DNA of 64,000 bases from Octopus bimaculoides (lineage: Eukaryota): NCBI RefSeq assembly GCF_001194135.2, contig NC_068982.1:99885858-99949857 (forward strand), given 5' to 3'. Positions 1 through 12,908 of the stretch are shown one piece after another. Every line of letters begins with the position of its first letter. Positions within the stretch are counted from its first letter, which is position 1. A program made the translations under genes and the position numbers. The notes below the pieces were generated by a model. It was not told where the DNA came from and searched no databases. It was given only the letters and a program-made list of their open reading frames with translations.

Positions 1-364
1 GGTTTGTTGACTGCCCTTCAGAAGACATACCCACCTTCTTTCCCCAATCAATAACAAAGATCAGTTACTTATAAAGGTTAGCTCATTAGTGGACAGCCCA
101 ATATGCATAATACAAGCTAGAAGTTAATTGTTCCTAAGAAAACTACAAGTTAATGAATGTCATTTGAGAGCAGTCCAAGTAAATAAGGCTTCAATTCTGA
201 TTTACACTGTGTTGTGTGTAAATAGATATTATTTAATTGATATTAAGCTGGCAAATGTGGCTTTGAAGATGTGTAGAATCAAAGCCCCGCTACATGGAAA
301 TCAGCTCAAAGCTTGAGGTAAGAAGGGCATCAAGCTGTAACACAATAACTTGATAACATATTTG

Positions 365-455
365 TCTAACCCATATATAGAGATGCATTTAGCAAAGTGA
401 GAGTTAGCAATGAGTTCAGTGAGGAATTTTGAGTACAAGGTGTCCATCAAGATTC
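365..455 (+). mobile_element. RTE-clade LINE reverse transcriptase fragment (decayed)
   Basis: agagatgcatttagcaaagtgagagttagcaatgagttcagtgaggaa...ggtgtccatcaag reads as DAFSKVRVSNEFSEE..GVHQ, the RTE RT segment leading into the GVxQG motif; a similar segment occurs at ~15800. Confidence 0.7.
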
Positions 456-745
456 AAGTCTCAGCCACAAGCCATAATAGTAGAATTTAAGATACATTGT
501 ACATAATGATAACCCAGATTTTATAAGACAGAGAGAGAGAGAGAGTAGAAAACTTAGAGAAAACTTCCAGATGTGGAAACCTATAATCAATAGGGTTGAG
601 AGTAAACTTACTGAAAACAAAACATTTAGTAAGTAAGAATCAAGACAGACCTCTAATATTAACAGAAAAATGGGTATGCATATATATTTACATATATATA
701 AATACATGCACACACACACACATATACATGAATATGTACATACAC

Positions 746-1147
746 ATATTAAGAAAAAGAAGGTAATCAGGATTTGGATAAAAACTATTTATTTAGCATT
801 TTGCCCCTTTCAGGGATTCATCATGAATGTTTTCTTATCGAAAATTCATACCTTTTATGTAGATGCAAGTTAGTTGAAAACAAAATCTGGAGTTGAATTT
901 GCTTCATTGTTTTAGAAAGAGGTTTGCAAATGACAAAAAGCATTTCAAATAACCACTCCCAAAATATCCTCTTTCCAAAACTCAAGAAAACAAATTCAAC
1001 TCCAGACTTTTATTTCATCTAACTCACATACATATAAAAGGTATGAATTTTCAATAAGAAATCATTCATGATGAATCCCTGAAGGGGACAAAAGCACTAA
1101 ATACATAGCTTTTATCCAAATCCTGACTACTTCCTTTTTCTTAATAT
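746..1147. mobile_element. Foldback/MITE-like element, almost fully palindromic
   Basis: Arm 746-925 (atattaagaaaaagaaggtaatcaggatttggataaaa...) is the reverse complement, with scattered mismatches, of arm 963-1147 (...ttttatccaaatcctgactacttcctttttcttaatat). The spacer is about 40 bp. Confidence 0.8.
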
Positions 1148-2049
1148 ATAGAATTTTTACACCTCTTCAAATAATCTATATACAAACACAAACATTTACT
1201 ATATGAATGAGAGTATATGTGTGTATCGTCCCAAAAGTCTCTGAAATGGTGCATCCTCAAGAAAAATGGATTTGATTTTTGAAATCTCCCAAAGCGAAAG
1301 TTTCTGGTAAATAATAATCAGAAAATATTTGATACAAGAAATAACATAACTTTGTCATATCTATCTGTCTCTCTCTGTCTTTTATGCTTCTCCCTTTCTG
1401 AATATATTTACCACACCCTCTCTCACTCTTTCCTCTGTATATGTATATTTCTCATGCATGCTGCTCCCCCCACCTCTCTCTCTCTCAATATAACATGTAA
1501 TTACTTTCATTTTGTTTAAAAATTCATCGCTGCAATGTTTGCTTTCATTTTGTGATAGACAGCTATCCTTACAAAATCCTTCCAAACAATTTCAGTTGTT
1601 GGTTTACACCTTGAAGAGCCCTGCTTCACCCATGGTCAGCTTAACATTGAACATTCAAGAGTAGGAAGTAAGAAAAATCTTTACATCTATGCACCAAATG
1701 GAAAAACAAAAAAACTTCATTTATCAAGACATCGTAAATAGCCCCAAATAATGCAGAAATCTGAGGAGGGCATTCCTGGTTTTGTTAAGTATATTCCTTA
1801 GTTGGTCGTGTTTGTTAGTTTAGGTGAAAGGGAGGACTTACCTTGTTAATTTACAATATAGAATAAATATGTTCCAAAGGTATATACATATGTATCTGAT
1901 AAAACAGAATCCAAGTATGTAAAACTCTGCTGTAAAACCCTCCTGCCATCTCACCCTTGAAGAAGGGCTATTTCTGAAACTTAAGATAGTCCATTCGCCT
2001 TAACAATCTCAATGTAGCCATTCTGTCAATATATGTGTATGTGTACCAT

Positions 2050-2390
2050 CATCATCATCATCATTATCATTCAACATTTGTGGTCTATGCTGGCATGGGT
2101 TGGATGGTTTGACCAGGACTGGTAAGCTGAGGGGCTGCACCAGACTCCTATCTGATTTGGCTTGGTTTCTATGGCTGGATGCTCTTCCTAACGCCAACCA
2201 CTCTGAGAGTGTAATGGGTGCTTTTATGTGCCAGTTGCATGGCACCAGTATCTGACACAACTAAGACTTCACTTGGCTTGATGGGTCTTCTTCTCAAGTA
2301 CAGCATATTGCCAAAGGTTTCAGTCATTTGTCATTGCCTCAGTGAGGCACATGCTAGTTGCGTGACACTGGTGTCATCCACACACACATG
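2050..2390 (-). mobile_element. RTE-LINE 3' UTR/tail (or RTE-tailed SINE) copy
   Basis: (CAT)n followed by atgctggcatgggttggatggtttgac...ggctggatgctcttcctaacgccaaccactctgagagtg. The same sequence continues the RTE ORF end at 43640-44270. Confidence 0.75.
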
Positions 2391-2413
2391 CATACATACA
2401 TATGATATGAGAA

Positions 2414-2722
2414 GGTGTGTGGCTTAGTGGTTAGGGTATTCATCTCATGAGTTCGATTCCCAATAATGCATTGTGTCCTTGAGCAAGACGCTTAATTTCA
2501 CATTGCTCCAGTCCACTCAACTGGCAAGAATGAGTTGTACCTGTAATTCAAAGGGCCAGCCTTGTCACACTCTGTGCTACACTGAATCTCCCAGAGAACT
2601 ATGTTAAGAGTACACATGTCTGTGGAGTGCTCAGCCACTTGCACTTTCATTTCATGAGCAGGCTGTTCTGTTGATCAGATCAACTGGAACCCTCATCATT
2701 GTAACCGATAGAGTGCCAGTTA
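2414..2722 (+). mobile_element. tRNA-derived SINE with V/Meta-like central domain
   Basis: A-box tggcttagtggttag, B-box gagttcgattccc, central tgtgtccttgagcaagacgcttaatttcacattgctccagtccac; an inverted copy lies at 48603-48899. Confidence 0.75.
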
Positions 2723-2901
2723 GATATATGATATACATGTCTGCATATATTGTAATAATGAAATGACATGTGGATGTAAATTTTTAGACTTTATTAATAT
2801 ATTGCAACATATGTTTCTGCATCCCACATGTTCATTTGTGAGAACATTTTCTCATCCATAGGATATTACTAAATATTATTTATAATATCTATAAGTCTTG
2901 G

Positions 2902-2950
2902 GTATGCTTCCATTATACATGTATGCTTCCATTATACATGTATGCTTCCT
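2902..2950. repeat. 19-bp tandem repeat x2.5, followed by a (TA)n tract
   Basis: The unit gtatgcttccattatacat is repeated directly. Confidence 0.9.
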
Positions 2951-2962
2951 TGGGCATCTACA

Positions 2963-3007
<45 letters not shown>

Positions 3008-3403
3008 TATGTGTGTGTGTTTATATATTTAGATAAACTCATTCTTTATGCAAACACTGAGTGCACAAGACAAACATTCTCTGCTAGCTGATGTGATAAT
3101 TTCAGAAAAGAGTTGAAATATTCCTGCACTTACTAAAGGACTTTCCACATATATATAATGTACTGTTGCTTGTTGATAATTTCAGCAAAATAAAGCACCC
3201 AATGCATTTGAGAGTTATTAATATATTATTTGCAGAAATTACTTTCATTTTCACGCTGGGATAGCCACAGTTTGATTTAAGCTGAGCCAGATATCTTACT
3301 CCTAGCATGAAAAATGAAAAGAAAGCAATTAGTAGCAAATATGATATTCCATAATGTATGAGTATATAAATATATATATATATATCCACACACATACACA
3401 CAT

Positions 3404-3900
3404 GTTCTGATCAATAAGTATCCGGACTGTCGCTATAGTAACAAAACTAAAACACAGAGAGTGAAGCTACTTGGCACAGATTGACCTTGAACTCTGGAGT
3501 GCATGTACACTAAGTTTTAAGGTTCTAGCTCACATCTGCTGTTTACAGCAGTGCTATGCAGGAAGGTGCAAATTTTGCCAAAAGCTTGGCGACACCTGCT
3601 CAAAGGCCTACACAAAGTTTTCAAGAAGTTTTCATCGTTTTCAACACAATCAAGGAGATCTTGTGCAACTGGAACCGGAGTGTTTTTTTTGTCACCTGAA
3701 AGCAGTTTTGGCACAAACTTGGGAGACAGGCGTCTCATACTCAAATATTCGGTGATAACGGACTGAACTGTAACTAATCTGCACATCCCCTGATAATTCT
3801 CCGATGAAGGGATATAATAAATATCCTGGAAACAGCTGTAAGACCTTCTATTTATAAATGTTCTAAAATCTTCACAGCCTTGATTTTTCATCTCATTCTG
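3404..3900 (-). mobile_element. Internally deleted mariner transposon relic
   Basis: TIR-like end gttctgatcaataagtatccggact at 3404. ORF 3517-3891 contains VQSVITEYLSMRRLSPKFVPKLL...VAQDLLDCVENDENFLKT, the mariner linker (WVP-like FVPK) region. Confidence 0.8.
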
Positions 3901-5080
3901 AAAAAAATTTTATAAATATATATAAATATATATCTATTTACATATATATTTAAATATATATGTAATCTGAATGCTAAAGGGTTGACTGATGCACCTCATC
4001 TTCTACACATGCTGATATCTGCATCAATTTGTCTTCAGCTGCATCCTGAAAAACATGCTATGAATAGTATAAATACACACACACATATATACATGTATGT
4101 ATATGTGTGTGAGTGTCAGTATGTTTGTGTCACTTTGTCCTGACATCGAGCGATTGTTGCAAATGAGTGTCACAGTCGCACAAGCAGTATATCATTCATT
4201 TCCAATATTCTGTGGAAAACATGTCTGGTCAAGGGGAAATTTTAATTATGTTGCTTGGAAACAGATAAAGGTTGGCAACAGGGAGGGCATCTGTCTGAAG
4301 AAAATCTACTTAATAATGTCCATCAGATTCATTCATGCATGGAAAAGTGGATGTTAAAACAAGGATGATGATACATACATACGTGTATACACACACACAT
4401 AGAGGCAAGAACACATGTCTACACTTAGTAAAACATACACATACATAAATTTATGAGTATATGAAACCATTTTCATGTACATATTGATTTTTATTACTGG
4501 CACAAGGCCAGAAATGTTTGTTTGTTTGTTTGGTGTGGGTGGAGTGGAGGTGAGAGGGCACACTGATTACACCATCTTTGTACTTGACCATACTCATTTT
4601 ATTAATTACAGAGAAAATGAAAATAAAGTCAGACCGTAAGTAGAATTTTAGCTCAGAATATAAAAGAATATATCTAAATACTACAAAAGTACGTTTGTCT
4701 ACACTCTACCATTATTATATCATTAATCACAGTGAAGTTGCTGTTTGATCCCAGATCAGTCCTGATCAGGTAAACCTTTGATAAAAGGAATTCTAGCCAA
4801 AACCAGTTCATGTCTTTTTTTCGAGCTTTATGTATTCCAGACTACACTGTTTTTTTTTATATATAAAAATGGGAGTGTATGTGTGGTTTAAAAGAGATTT
4901 GGCTGTTATTTCTAGTAAGTGGTGCAAGAACATAGATGCTCTCCTATTAGCTCATTAACAATTGTGAGTGGTACAAGGTGACTAAGTGGTTAAGAGAATG
5001 TACTTCTCACACATCAACAGTATGATGTAGGCATACATTGATATTTAGACATGAACCTTTTAATGTATTTTAATTAACTC

Positions 5081-5280
5081 AGGCGGCGAGCTGGCAGAAT
5101 CGTTAGCACACCGGGCAAAATGCTTAGGCGTGCTTCATCCATCTATACGTTCTGAGCTCAAATTCCAGTGAGGTCAACTTTTCCTTTCATTCTTCCGAGG
5201 TCGATAATACAAGTATCAGGTGAGGTAATCGTCTTACCTCCTCCTCCAAACTTGCTGGCCTTGTGCCGAAATTTAAAACC
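5081..5280 (+). mobile_element. tRNA-derived SINE family A (Nin/Deu-like central domain)
   Basis: ggcggcgagctggcagaatcgttagc head, B-box-like ctgagctcaaattcc, central cctttcattcttccgaggtcgataa, tail gctggccttgtgccgaaattt. Many copies occur in the window. Confidence 0.85.
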
Positions 5281-6299
5281 AATAATCTCTTTATTATAAT
5301 GAGACTCACACTCAACTGGGTATTGTTACTGATCTACTCCAATTAAGCAGACCTATGACCAAATGTGTTCCAGGTGTGACCATGCCATCTTTTTGTATAC
5401 GTAGGACTGCATTGTGCAATGTGTCCATTTCTAAGATATGATTTTAGAGAGATTTGGCTGCTATTTCCTAACAAGTTGGAAAACTGTGTAGAGGCTTCCT
5501 TCTTGGATTGGCTCAAGTGTGTGTTATGTTGCTGGTGGTGTTATTTGATTAAATTCAAGAATTTATGAAGTAGACATTGATATTTAAAAATTCGTAATAA
5601 AACTAGAGCGCAGAGGCACGCAGTGAAGGAGTAAATTACATGTAACACATATTTTAATGCTTATTTGCTATTATTTCACATTTATTTATTTATGTTTGTT
5701 AAATCCTTCTAATGTCAGCTCTTTGTAGATTAAAAAGGCGGCTGTGTGAGAAACAGATGTAATTGAAATATCCAGAAATATCCGAAGAATTTCACAGTTT
5801 AGCCACAGAATAATAACAATGAAACACACGCACACATACATTACAAGCACACACACACACATACGCATACATAATTTGTACATAATTTGTAAGGCGAAGC
5901 TTAAAATCTTTCCGCAACATTTTATAATGGAGATGATGATGTGTAGAAGAATGCTAAACATCTTAGCTACACACACACACACGAGTACTATAAGGAAATT
6001 CTTTGTAAACAACGAATTGAAATGCGATAATGATGTTTTGGGGTTTTTTTCTTTTCATTTTGTTTTGTTTTCGTCCCCACCCCTTTATTTTAATAAAAAT
6101 GTTTTAAAAATGAACTATACATTTCTGGTTGAAATACATATTCTACATTTCAGTAAATACAAATGAAAATTGAAACCTTGCTTTATAATACATGCATGTA
6201 TGTATGTGTGTGTGGTCTGTGTGCGCGGGTAGGGGTGTAATAATAGCAATAATGATGCTAATAATAATCATCATAATGAAAAAGAAAAAAAATGAAGGC

Positions 6300-7200
6300 A
6301 AAATGAGTCATGGGAGATGAAGAGTTCGAGTGAGAGGAAGGGAGACATGAGAAAAATATCAACGCCCTTAATGTAAGTTTACCGTTTCTATACGGTGTGT
6401 GTGTGTGTGTGTGCGAGTATGCGTATATGAGAGAGTACGTGGTGGAATGAGTAAGTATGTGTGCGGTGGTGTTTCCAGCACCATCCAGCCTACCACCCCC
6501 GCCTCATGTGAATAACCAAACTGTAGCAGCGACTTTCGTTGGCAGCGACAACAGCTTTACAACAATCATTATTATTATTATTATTAACTGTTGTAAAAGT
6601 AGCAGCTTTTGTTATTGTAGTAGCAGTAGTTGTTGCAGCCGTAGGTGATAGAATTCTAGTGAAATGAGGAACCATTCTACATTACGCACAGAGTTCACTG
6701 TGTGTGTGTATGCATGTATGTATATACATATATACACACACATACACACACACACATTATAACACCAAGAACGATAGTGACATATCGGTGATATTAAATG
6801 AGGGTGTTTCTACAACCGAAGAGGTACCCAAACTAAAGATGCGTGGGATGTGATAAAAAAAAAAATTTTAACCACCATAGTTTGACAAAAAGGATTTGAT
6901 TAAAAACCGTAAGGGTGGGTTTTTGTGCGAGTTGCTTTCCTTAAATATCATCTTGTGGAAAATAATGGTCGTGGTTGCTGGGCAAGTTTTATTTTTAGAA
7001 GCTCAGAAGTGCAAATATGGTGCAAACATGGCTATGTGGTTAAGAAGTTCGCTTCGCATACACGTGGCTCCTGGTTCGATACTAGAACGAGCACCTTGAG
7101 CAAGTAACTTCGGGATGTGAGAAGAATTTGGTAGACACAAACTATTCAGAAAGCTATACACACTATAAATTATATGTCCAGATGTCCTGCATATATCCAA

Positions 7201-7252
<52 letters not shown>

Positions 7253-10127
7253 GTATAATTCTCAGACAGTTGTCAGTAAGTCAGAGAAAAAATACATTCA
7301 ATGATAAGTGAAGAGCGGTTACATTTTTATATATCGCCGAACAGTATATTACTGGTTATGGTAGTATAACCCGATATTGTGGCATATAATATATATATGA
7401 TACGCATGTGTAGTGATATCTTGTGAGCAACGGTATTTGAAAGTGTCATTGGATTATCTTCATCATATAATTTCTTACACAGGCACAGTGATGTGAATGG
7501 GCGCTAAGCTAGATTGACTGTGACAGCGAAACAGAGAGTACTTGTCACTGTGATTTCAACATCGTGGGAGTGTTAAAAAAATTGTTTACACGTTTTACAA
7601 ATCACAAAATTATGTAAACAAGTACTACTTGATATATATTGCGTTCACTGACTGCAATTCGGTTTCGAATCTCAGTTTTAGAGTAGATAATGTCCTTGAG
7701 AAAAAAATGTGAATACGAATACCATTTCTTTATTTTCTCTTTCCTTAAAAATTTCGTTTGGAACCTATGATTCAAATATGTCGTTGTTTATCCCCCACGT
7801 CACCCTTAATCGAGGAAGATGTATGATGAAAGCTGTTCCAGCGGTGCCTATCTCGTCTTAATTCTTTAATATAGCAAGGACTAAACTGTCAAATGTATCC
7901 CGCTTGGTGTTGAAAGGAACAATTTGCCTTGTAAAGCGCCAACCTAGCAAGAGCATCTGCGTAAAGGCTCCGTTGTTGGTTAGCCCCACGTCAACTGTAA
8001 CTGAGCAGACGTATGATCAAAGGTATTCTAGCCATGACTATCCAGTCTTTGTTTTTCAACCAAAAGGGTATGATTTGAAGGATATTTGGCAGCTATTTCT
8101 AATAAATCGAGTGACTACAAAGATGCTCCTTTGTATGTTGGAATGACTGATACAAGAGGGTTCGGCTCGAAACGTTAGATATTTTGGTATTTTTCAGGCA
8201 TCACAACAGAGGTTATCTTTTATTCTATTATTTTTTTCTTTTCCTACTCTTACTTTTCACTGTCGATAGACCATTTTTAACTTGCCTAATATTCTAACGA
8301 TAATATATTGTTTGCAAGGTATCACTTTTGGACGCCTTCCGTTCTCATGCTGAAATCCTATTGATACCGGCATTCTTTTTCAGTATCGATAACACAAGTA
8401 CCAACACTACATCGAAATTAAATAAATGGCTAGGATGAGCATCACAGCTCACAGCCTCTCAATTCCTCTCGCCTAAACATTACGAGCACATAATATAATA
8501 TATATCAATGGTTGTTTAGCCACAGGTTAACTTTGATTGGACAGGCCTATCAACAAAGGTGTTCAGTTTATGTAGGACCATCTTCGATTCTAAGACAGTT
8601 TTGTGTAATTGCTCAAGTGGTGGGGGATAAAAATATATCATTATATTCATATACAAAAGGCAGTGAGCTGGCAGAAATTGACAGAACATACTACTACTTC
8701 CATACTTGATCTCGTCTCTTCAAATTAAACTGATATTAACAGTACCGTTCATACTTTCGAGGTTTTTTAAATAACAGTAAATATACACTAGTGCGATTTA
8801 ATTAACCATAAGCTCTTTCCCACAAAATTTGACCTTGTCAAAAGAAAATGTGAATCGGAAATAACAAATACAATTCTTAACAAGTAACAACGCGAGTAAA
8901 CGAAATGCTCTTTTGGTATTAGCAATGTTAGAGAATGAAAGAAAGAAATCAAAATGCAATAATGAGATTTAAAAGAAGACGAAAATGAAAGAATGAGTTG
9001 AGTCATCAACTTTTTTTATCAATTCTTTCTCGTGAAGTTAACACACAGGTGAAGTAAATTAGATGATCGTTCCGCATGAGTTGATGTTGCTTTACAACTG
9101 TTAACTTGAGTAAGAGTGATTCACCTGATAGAGGTACTAACATGATGTTATGTTGATAAATCATCAGCATTTGTCACTGAAGACGCCAGAGGAAGACGCT
9201 TATGGAAAGAAGCTTGCATTTATTTTTTTCATCTACCATAAATAATACAAGGCAGTACAAGAATTAAAACGCAAAAGGTCCTTCGCATTTTCAGTATGAA
9301 ATCCACCCCCTAAAAGCCTTCCTTCTTTTCCACCCGCCCACTTCTTCGCTTGTTGTGTGTGAGTGTGGAAAGCGAATAGTTAATAGTGGTTCCATCCTGA
9401 ACATCATTAACAACACATGACCTGACAAGATAAATAACAGACAAAAAGATCGATAAAATCGTCGTCTCACGATGTCGAATCGAACTAGTAAAAACGTTCA
9501 TGTGCGTGTGAAAGATATTGTGTTGCAGTGGAGATAGCAAGTAACAAGGTACGCTGAATGAAAGAGAAATACAGACTAAGAGAAAAAGAAAGAGAGAATG
9601 AGGGAGAAGTGAAGAATGTTTCATGTCGGCGCCATTTTGAATAGATCTGGCGGCTGATTAAAGACGGGAAGCTAGGTGAAGAAGTTGCCGGTGAGAGATG
9701 CACCTGCCCGTAGCAATTAGTCATCGAAGAATATAAAATATAGTAGCTAATGATGTCAAGCCGGTCGAGAGAGTGACCGGACAACAGTTAAGCATACAGA
9801 TGTGAATGAAATACGATCAAAAGATAATAGACGAATAAATAAAATCTATTTTGATCGTGGAATAAAATGTAATATGACATTGTATTCGTAAACAGGAGCG
9901 AGTTGCTTCTCTTGCATAGAGATAAAAGACTACTGTAACGGTAAAAAAAAAAAGAAAATCTATTTTCTTTGTAAAGTACTAATGTCAATTTAACCTAGCT
10001 TGACAGTCGATCTTAGCGGTGAAGCCCTGCATTTCATTAAATGACAATATATACATGCATATACATAATTTTATTATTATTATCATTATTATTATACACC
10101 CACTGCATCATAATATANNNNNNNNNN

Positions 10128-10164
<37 letters not shown>

Positions 10165-11900
10165 TAAATCAACGATTTTCTTTAAGGATTATTTAAATGA
10201 CATTGAAAGTTGCATGACAAGAGAGATTAATCAGTGTAGAGGTGATTACTTTAGATAGGTATGAGAGATAAGCGAATTTAGAAGATTAAGTAAATTAAAA
10301 TCGATTTAATTAAACGCTTGTAACAATCAATTCACAAGACTCAGCAAAAATCTGCATGTTTCTAACATTCACCTATTCTAAGTGTCACCATATCTATGTG
10401 TGTGTGTCTGTGTGTTACAAAGCAATCTACCTCCGTAAAAATATGCATGTTTCAAATGAGTTTATCCTATACTGCGGTTAAAAATTCACTTTTTGGAGAT
10501 CACTTACATAAAATATATGGTTAACCTTCATTATTCAATTTGATCTATCAATAATCAAGAAAGGACAAATCTAAGAAAAATGGTGTTACATGCAACGAAA
10601 GAAAGGATAGGTGCATTTTCTCACTTATTTCTTATGCACGAGCCCTTGTGTAAGTCTACACTCGAAAGCCATTATCACATATTTTGGCTTAGTTTAACAA
10701 AATGCCAGCAACTAAAATGTTCTTACCCATTTCGAAAGTCCTTGGTTGGCACCGATGAGGGCACCGACCACGAAATTAAATCCAGGAAGTTAGACCACTT
10801 GGTTACATTTCCTTGGAGTCGATAGAAGCGTGGAGCAGCACAACATCGAAGACGAGGAGATAGCTTAACAACCCGTCTCTCCCCCTTCCTGGGCGATACC
10901 ATTCAATTAGATTACTCCAACGGTTGTTCTCTCTCTATTTTTGTTTCTCTCTCTATCTGTTTCTCTCTCTTTCTCTCCCTCTTTATTTCTTTCTGAATAT
11001 ATATATATTTTTTTCTGTTTACTGAAACATTGTTAACATAAGATATATATATATAATATTATGCAACAGAAATGTCCTATCTCTGCAAGAAATAGGTATA
11101 TGGAGTGGCTTCAACTAATATATTTATAACGTCATATTTATTTATTTATTTATTATTCTGAAAACCAAAACATATTTATGAAAGATAACCTTAATACCAA
11201 GTAGAATTTCATATTTCACACCTTTTGGAATATTTTATTCCAAGTACACCTTGTGTATGAACTATATCAACACTGCTAAACACTGCTAATATTATACATA
11301 CATATGTGTGTGTGTGTTACTTTATTTCTCAAGAGTGTTTATATGTTTATAATAGTTATAAAACTAATATATGAATATTTGTTTCTACACACACACAAAT
11401 ACACGCGTACGTACACTTATTTAAGGAGATTATCTATGTGTGACTTTCAATATTTTATTCATTGCTAAATGTTTATTCGTTTCTTGTTATAATTACATCG
11501 TTTGATATTCTTTACGCGTAATACAGAAGTTTGACAAGTTTGTGCTATATGGGGGAGGGGCACCAGCCCGCTCTGCCAACAGTTACCTCACGCAAAACCC
11601 TTAACATTTACATAGTACGCGCGGGAAATTACATTATTTTTCGTAACTTGACGTTTCCTAAGGATTTTCATAACTTTGCGTGAAACTATCAATTCTGCCT
11701 TATTGGCAAGACTTCNNNNNNNNNNTTACGGAGAATACGAATTTGCAAAAAAAAAATGGCAAAAATCGGCTTTTGAAATTACATCACCTAATTTCTTCAT
11801 TTTTAACTAGGGTTTTAAGTTACAGTTCAGGTTTTAGGGTTAGGGAAAAAAAGTGAAAAATGAAGAAATGGGGGGTGGATTTCAAAATGCCGATTTTTGG
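6300..11900. promoter_or_regulatory. CpG-retaining domain, putative promoter/5' region of an unidentified gene
   Basis: CG dinucleotides are visibly frequent here (especially 9300-9800 and 10730-10920) and scarce in most flanking sequence. It includes a YY1-like AAAATGGCG on the minus strand at 9630-9638 and a strong minus-strand donor at 10726. Assessed by eye, not counted. Confidence 0.4.
10727..10902 (-). other. Candidate first exon (58 codons open to a splice donor)
   Basis: ATG at 10902 reads MVSPRKGERRVVKLSPRLRCCAAPRFYRLQGNVTKWSNFLDLISWSVPSSVPTKDFRN and ends at GG|GTAAGA. No homology recognised; it may be 5' UTR. Confidence 0.3.
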
Positions 11901-11921
11901 CAATTTTCCGGAATCTCCGTA
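11727..11921. repeat. Long inverted repeat enclosing a telomere-like (TTAGGG-containing) core
   Basis: Arm 11727-11807 and arm 11852-11921 are reverse complements (aaaaatcggcttttgaaat / atttcaaaatgccgattttt). The core is tagggttttaagttacagttcaggttttagggttaggg. Confidence 0.7.
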
Positions 11922-12559
11922 CCCGAAAACGGGGGTTTTTGGCAAAAAAAAAAAAATTCGGGAGAAAATGGTGGGGACTTCCTATGATTTATTTATCATT
12001 ATCATTTTGTTATTCTCATTATTTATCATATTGATATGATGTGGGTGTATATCAGACTCACAGAATATTGTTTGGCACTTGCCTGTGTGTAAGTGCTCTG
12101 TTAGGATTCTTCATGTAGCTAATGGGATAATCCGTTAGAAATCTAGACGAATGAAACAAAGGTGTGTGTGTGTCCATATGTATGTATGTATACGCGTGCG
12201 CGCAACAGCAACAATTTTCGATTATCAGAATAACACGGAGTATGAATTGGTGAAGTTTCGGCTTTCAATGAATTATATTTTCTGTATTGGGTCCTCTCTT
12301 TTCTCGTTCATATCATTATCATCACCATCGTCGTTTCAATGTCCACTTTTCCACTCCAGCATGGGTCGGATGGAATTTGTTTAGGCGCATTTTTCTCTGG
12401 CTGGATGCCCTTCATGTCACCAACCCTTGTTCCAAGTAAGATTATATTTCCCTATGACCAGACATGTTTTCATGCAAGAGTGGGAATGAAGAACAACACT
12501 TGCATAACAATAACACTTGCTTTACTGTCAAGGCAAGGAGACTGTAACACAGTCATGCG

Positions 12560-12908
12560 TGCGTATGGCTATGAGGTAAGAGGCTTGCTTCCCAACCACG
12601 TGTGGCACCTTAGGCAAGTGTCTTCTACAATAGGCTTGGGCTGAGCAAAGCCTTGTGAGTGGATTTGATAAATGGAAACTGGAAGAAGCCCCTTGAATAT
12701 GTGTGTCTGTATTTGTCCCACCACCACCAACTCTTGACAACCGATGCTGGTGTGTTTACGTTTCCATAACTTAGTAGTTCAGCAAAAGAAACTAATAGAA
12801 TAAGTACTAGGTTTAAAAAAATAAGTACTGAGGTTGATACGACTAAAAATTCTTCAAGGCAGTGCCGCAGCATGGCCACAGTCTAATGACTGAAACAAGT
12901 AAAAGATA
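12560..12908 (+). mobile_element. tRNA-derived SINE family B (CORE-like domain; resembles octopus OR2-type SINEs)
   Basis: ggcaccttaggcaagtgtcttctac...aaagccttgtgagtggattt...ggaaactg, with 3' end gactgaaacaagtaaaag. The head is partly deleted. Confidence 0.8.

Noticed and set aside
139-178. KLQVNECHLRA resembles KLQIKECHMRT at 21800-21835
   Set aside because: An 11-residue match is within chance expectation for this many ORFs, and the similarity does not extend.
3102-3160. ICGKSF motif suggesting a C2H2 zinc finger
   Set aside because: There is no first Cys and no HxxxH, and a stop follows.
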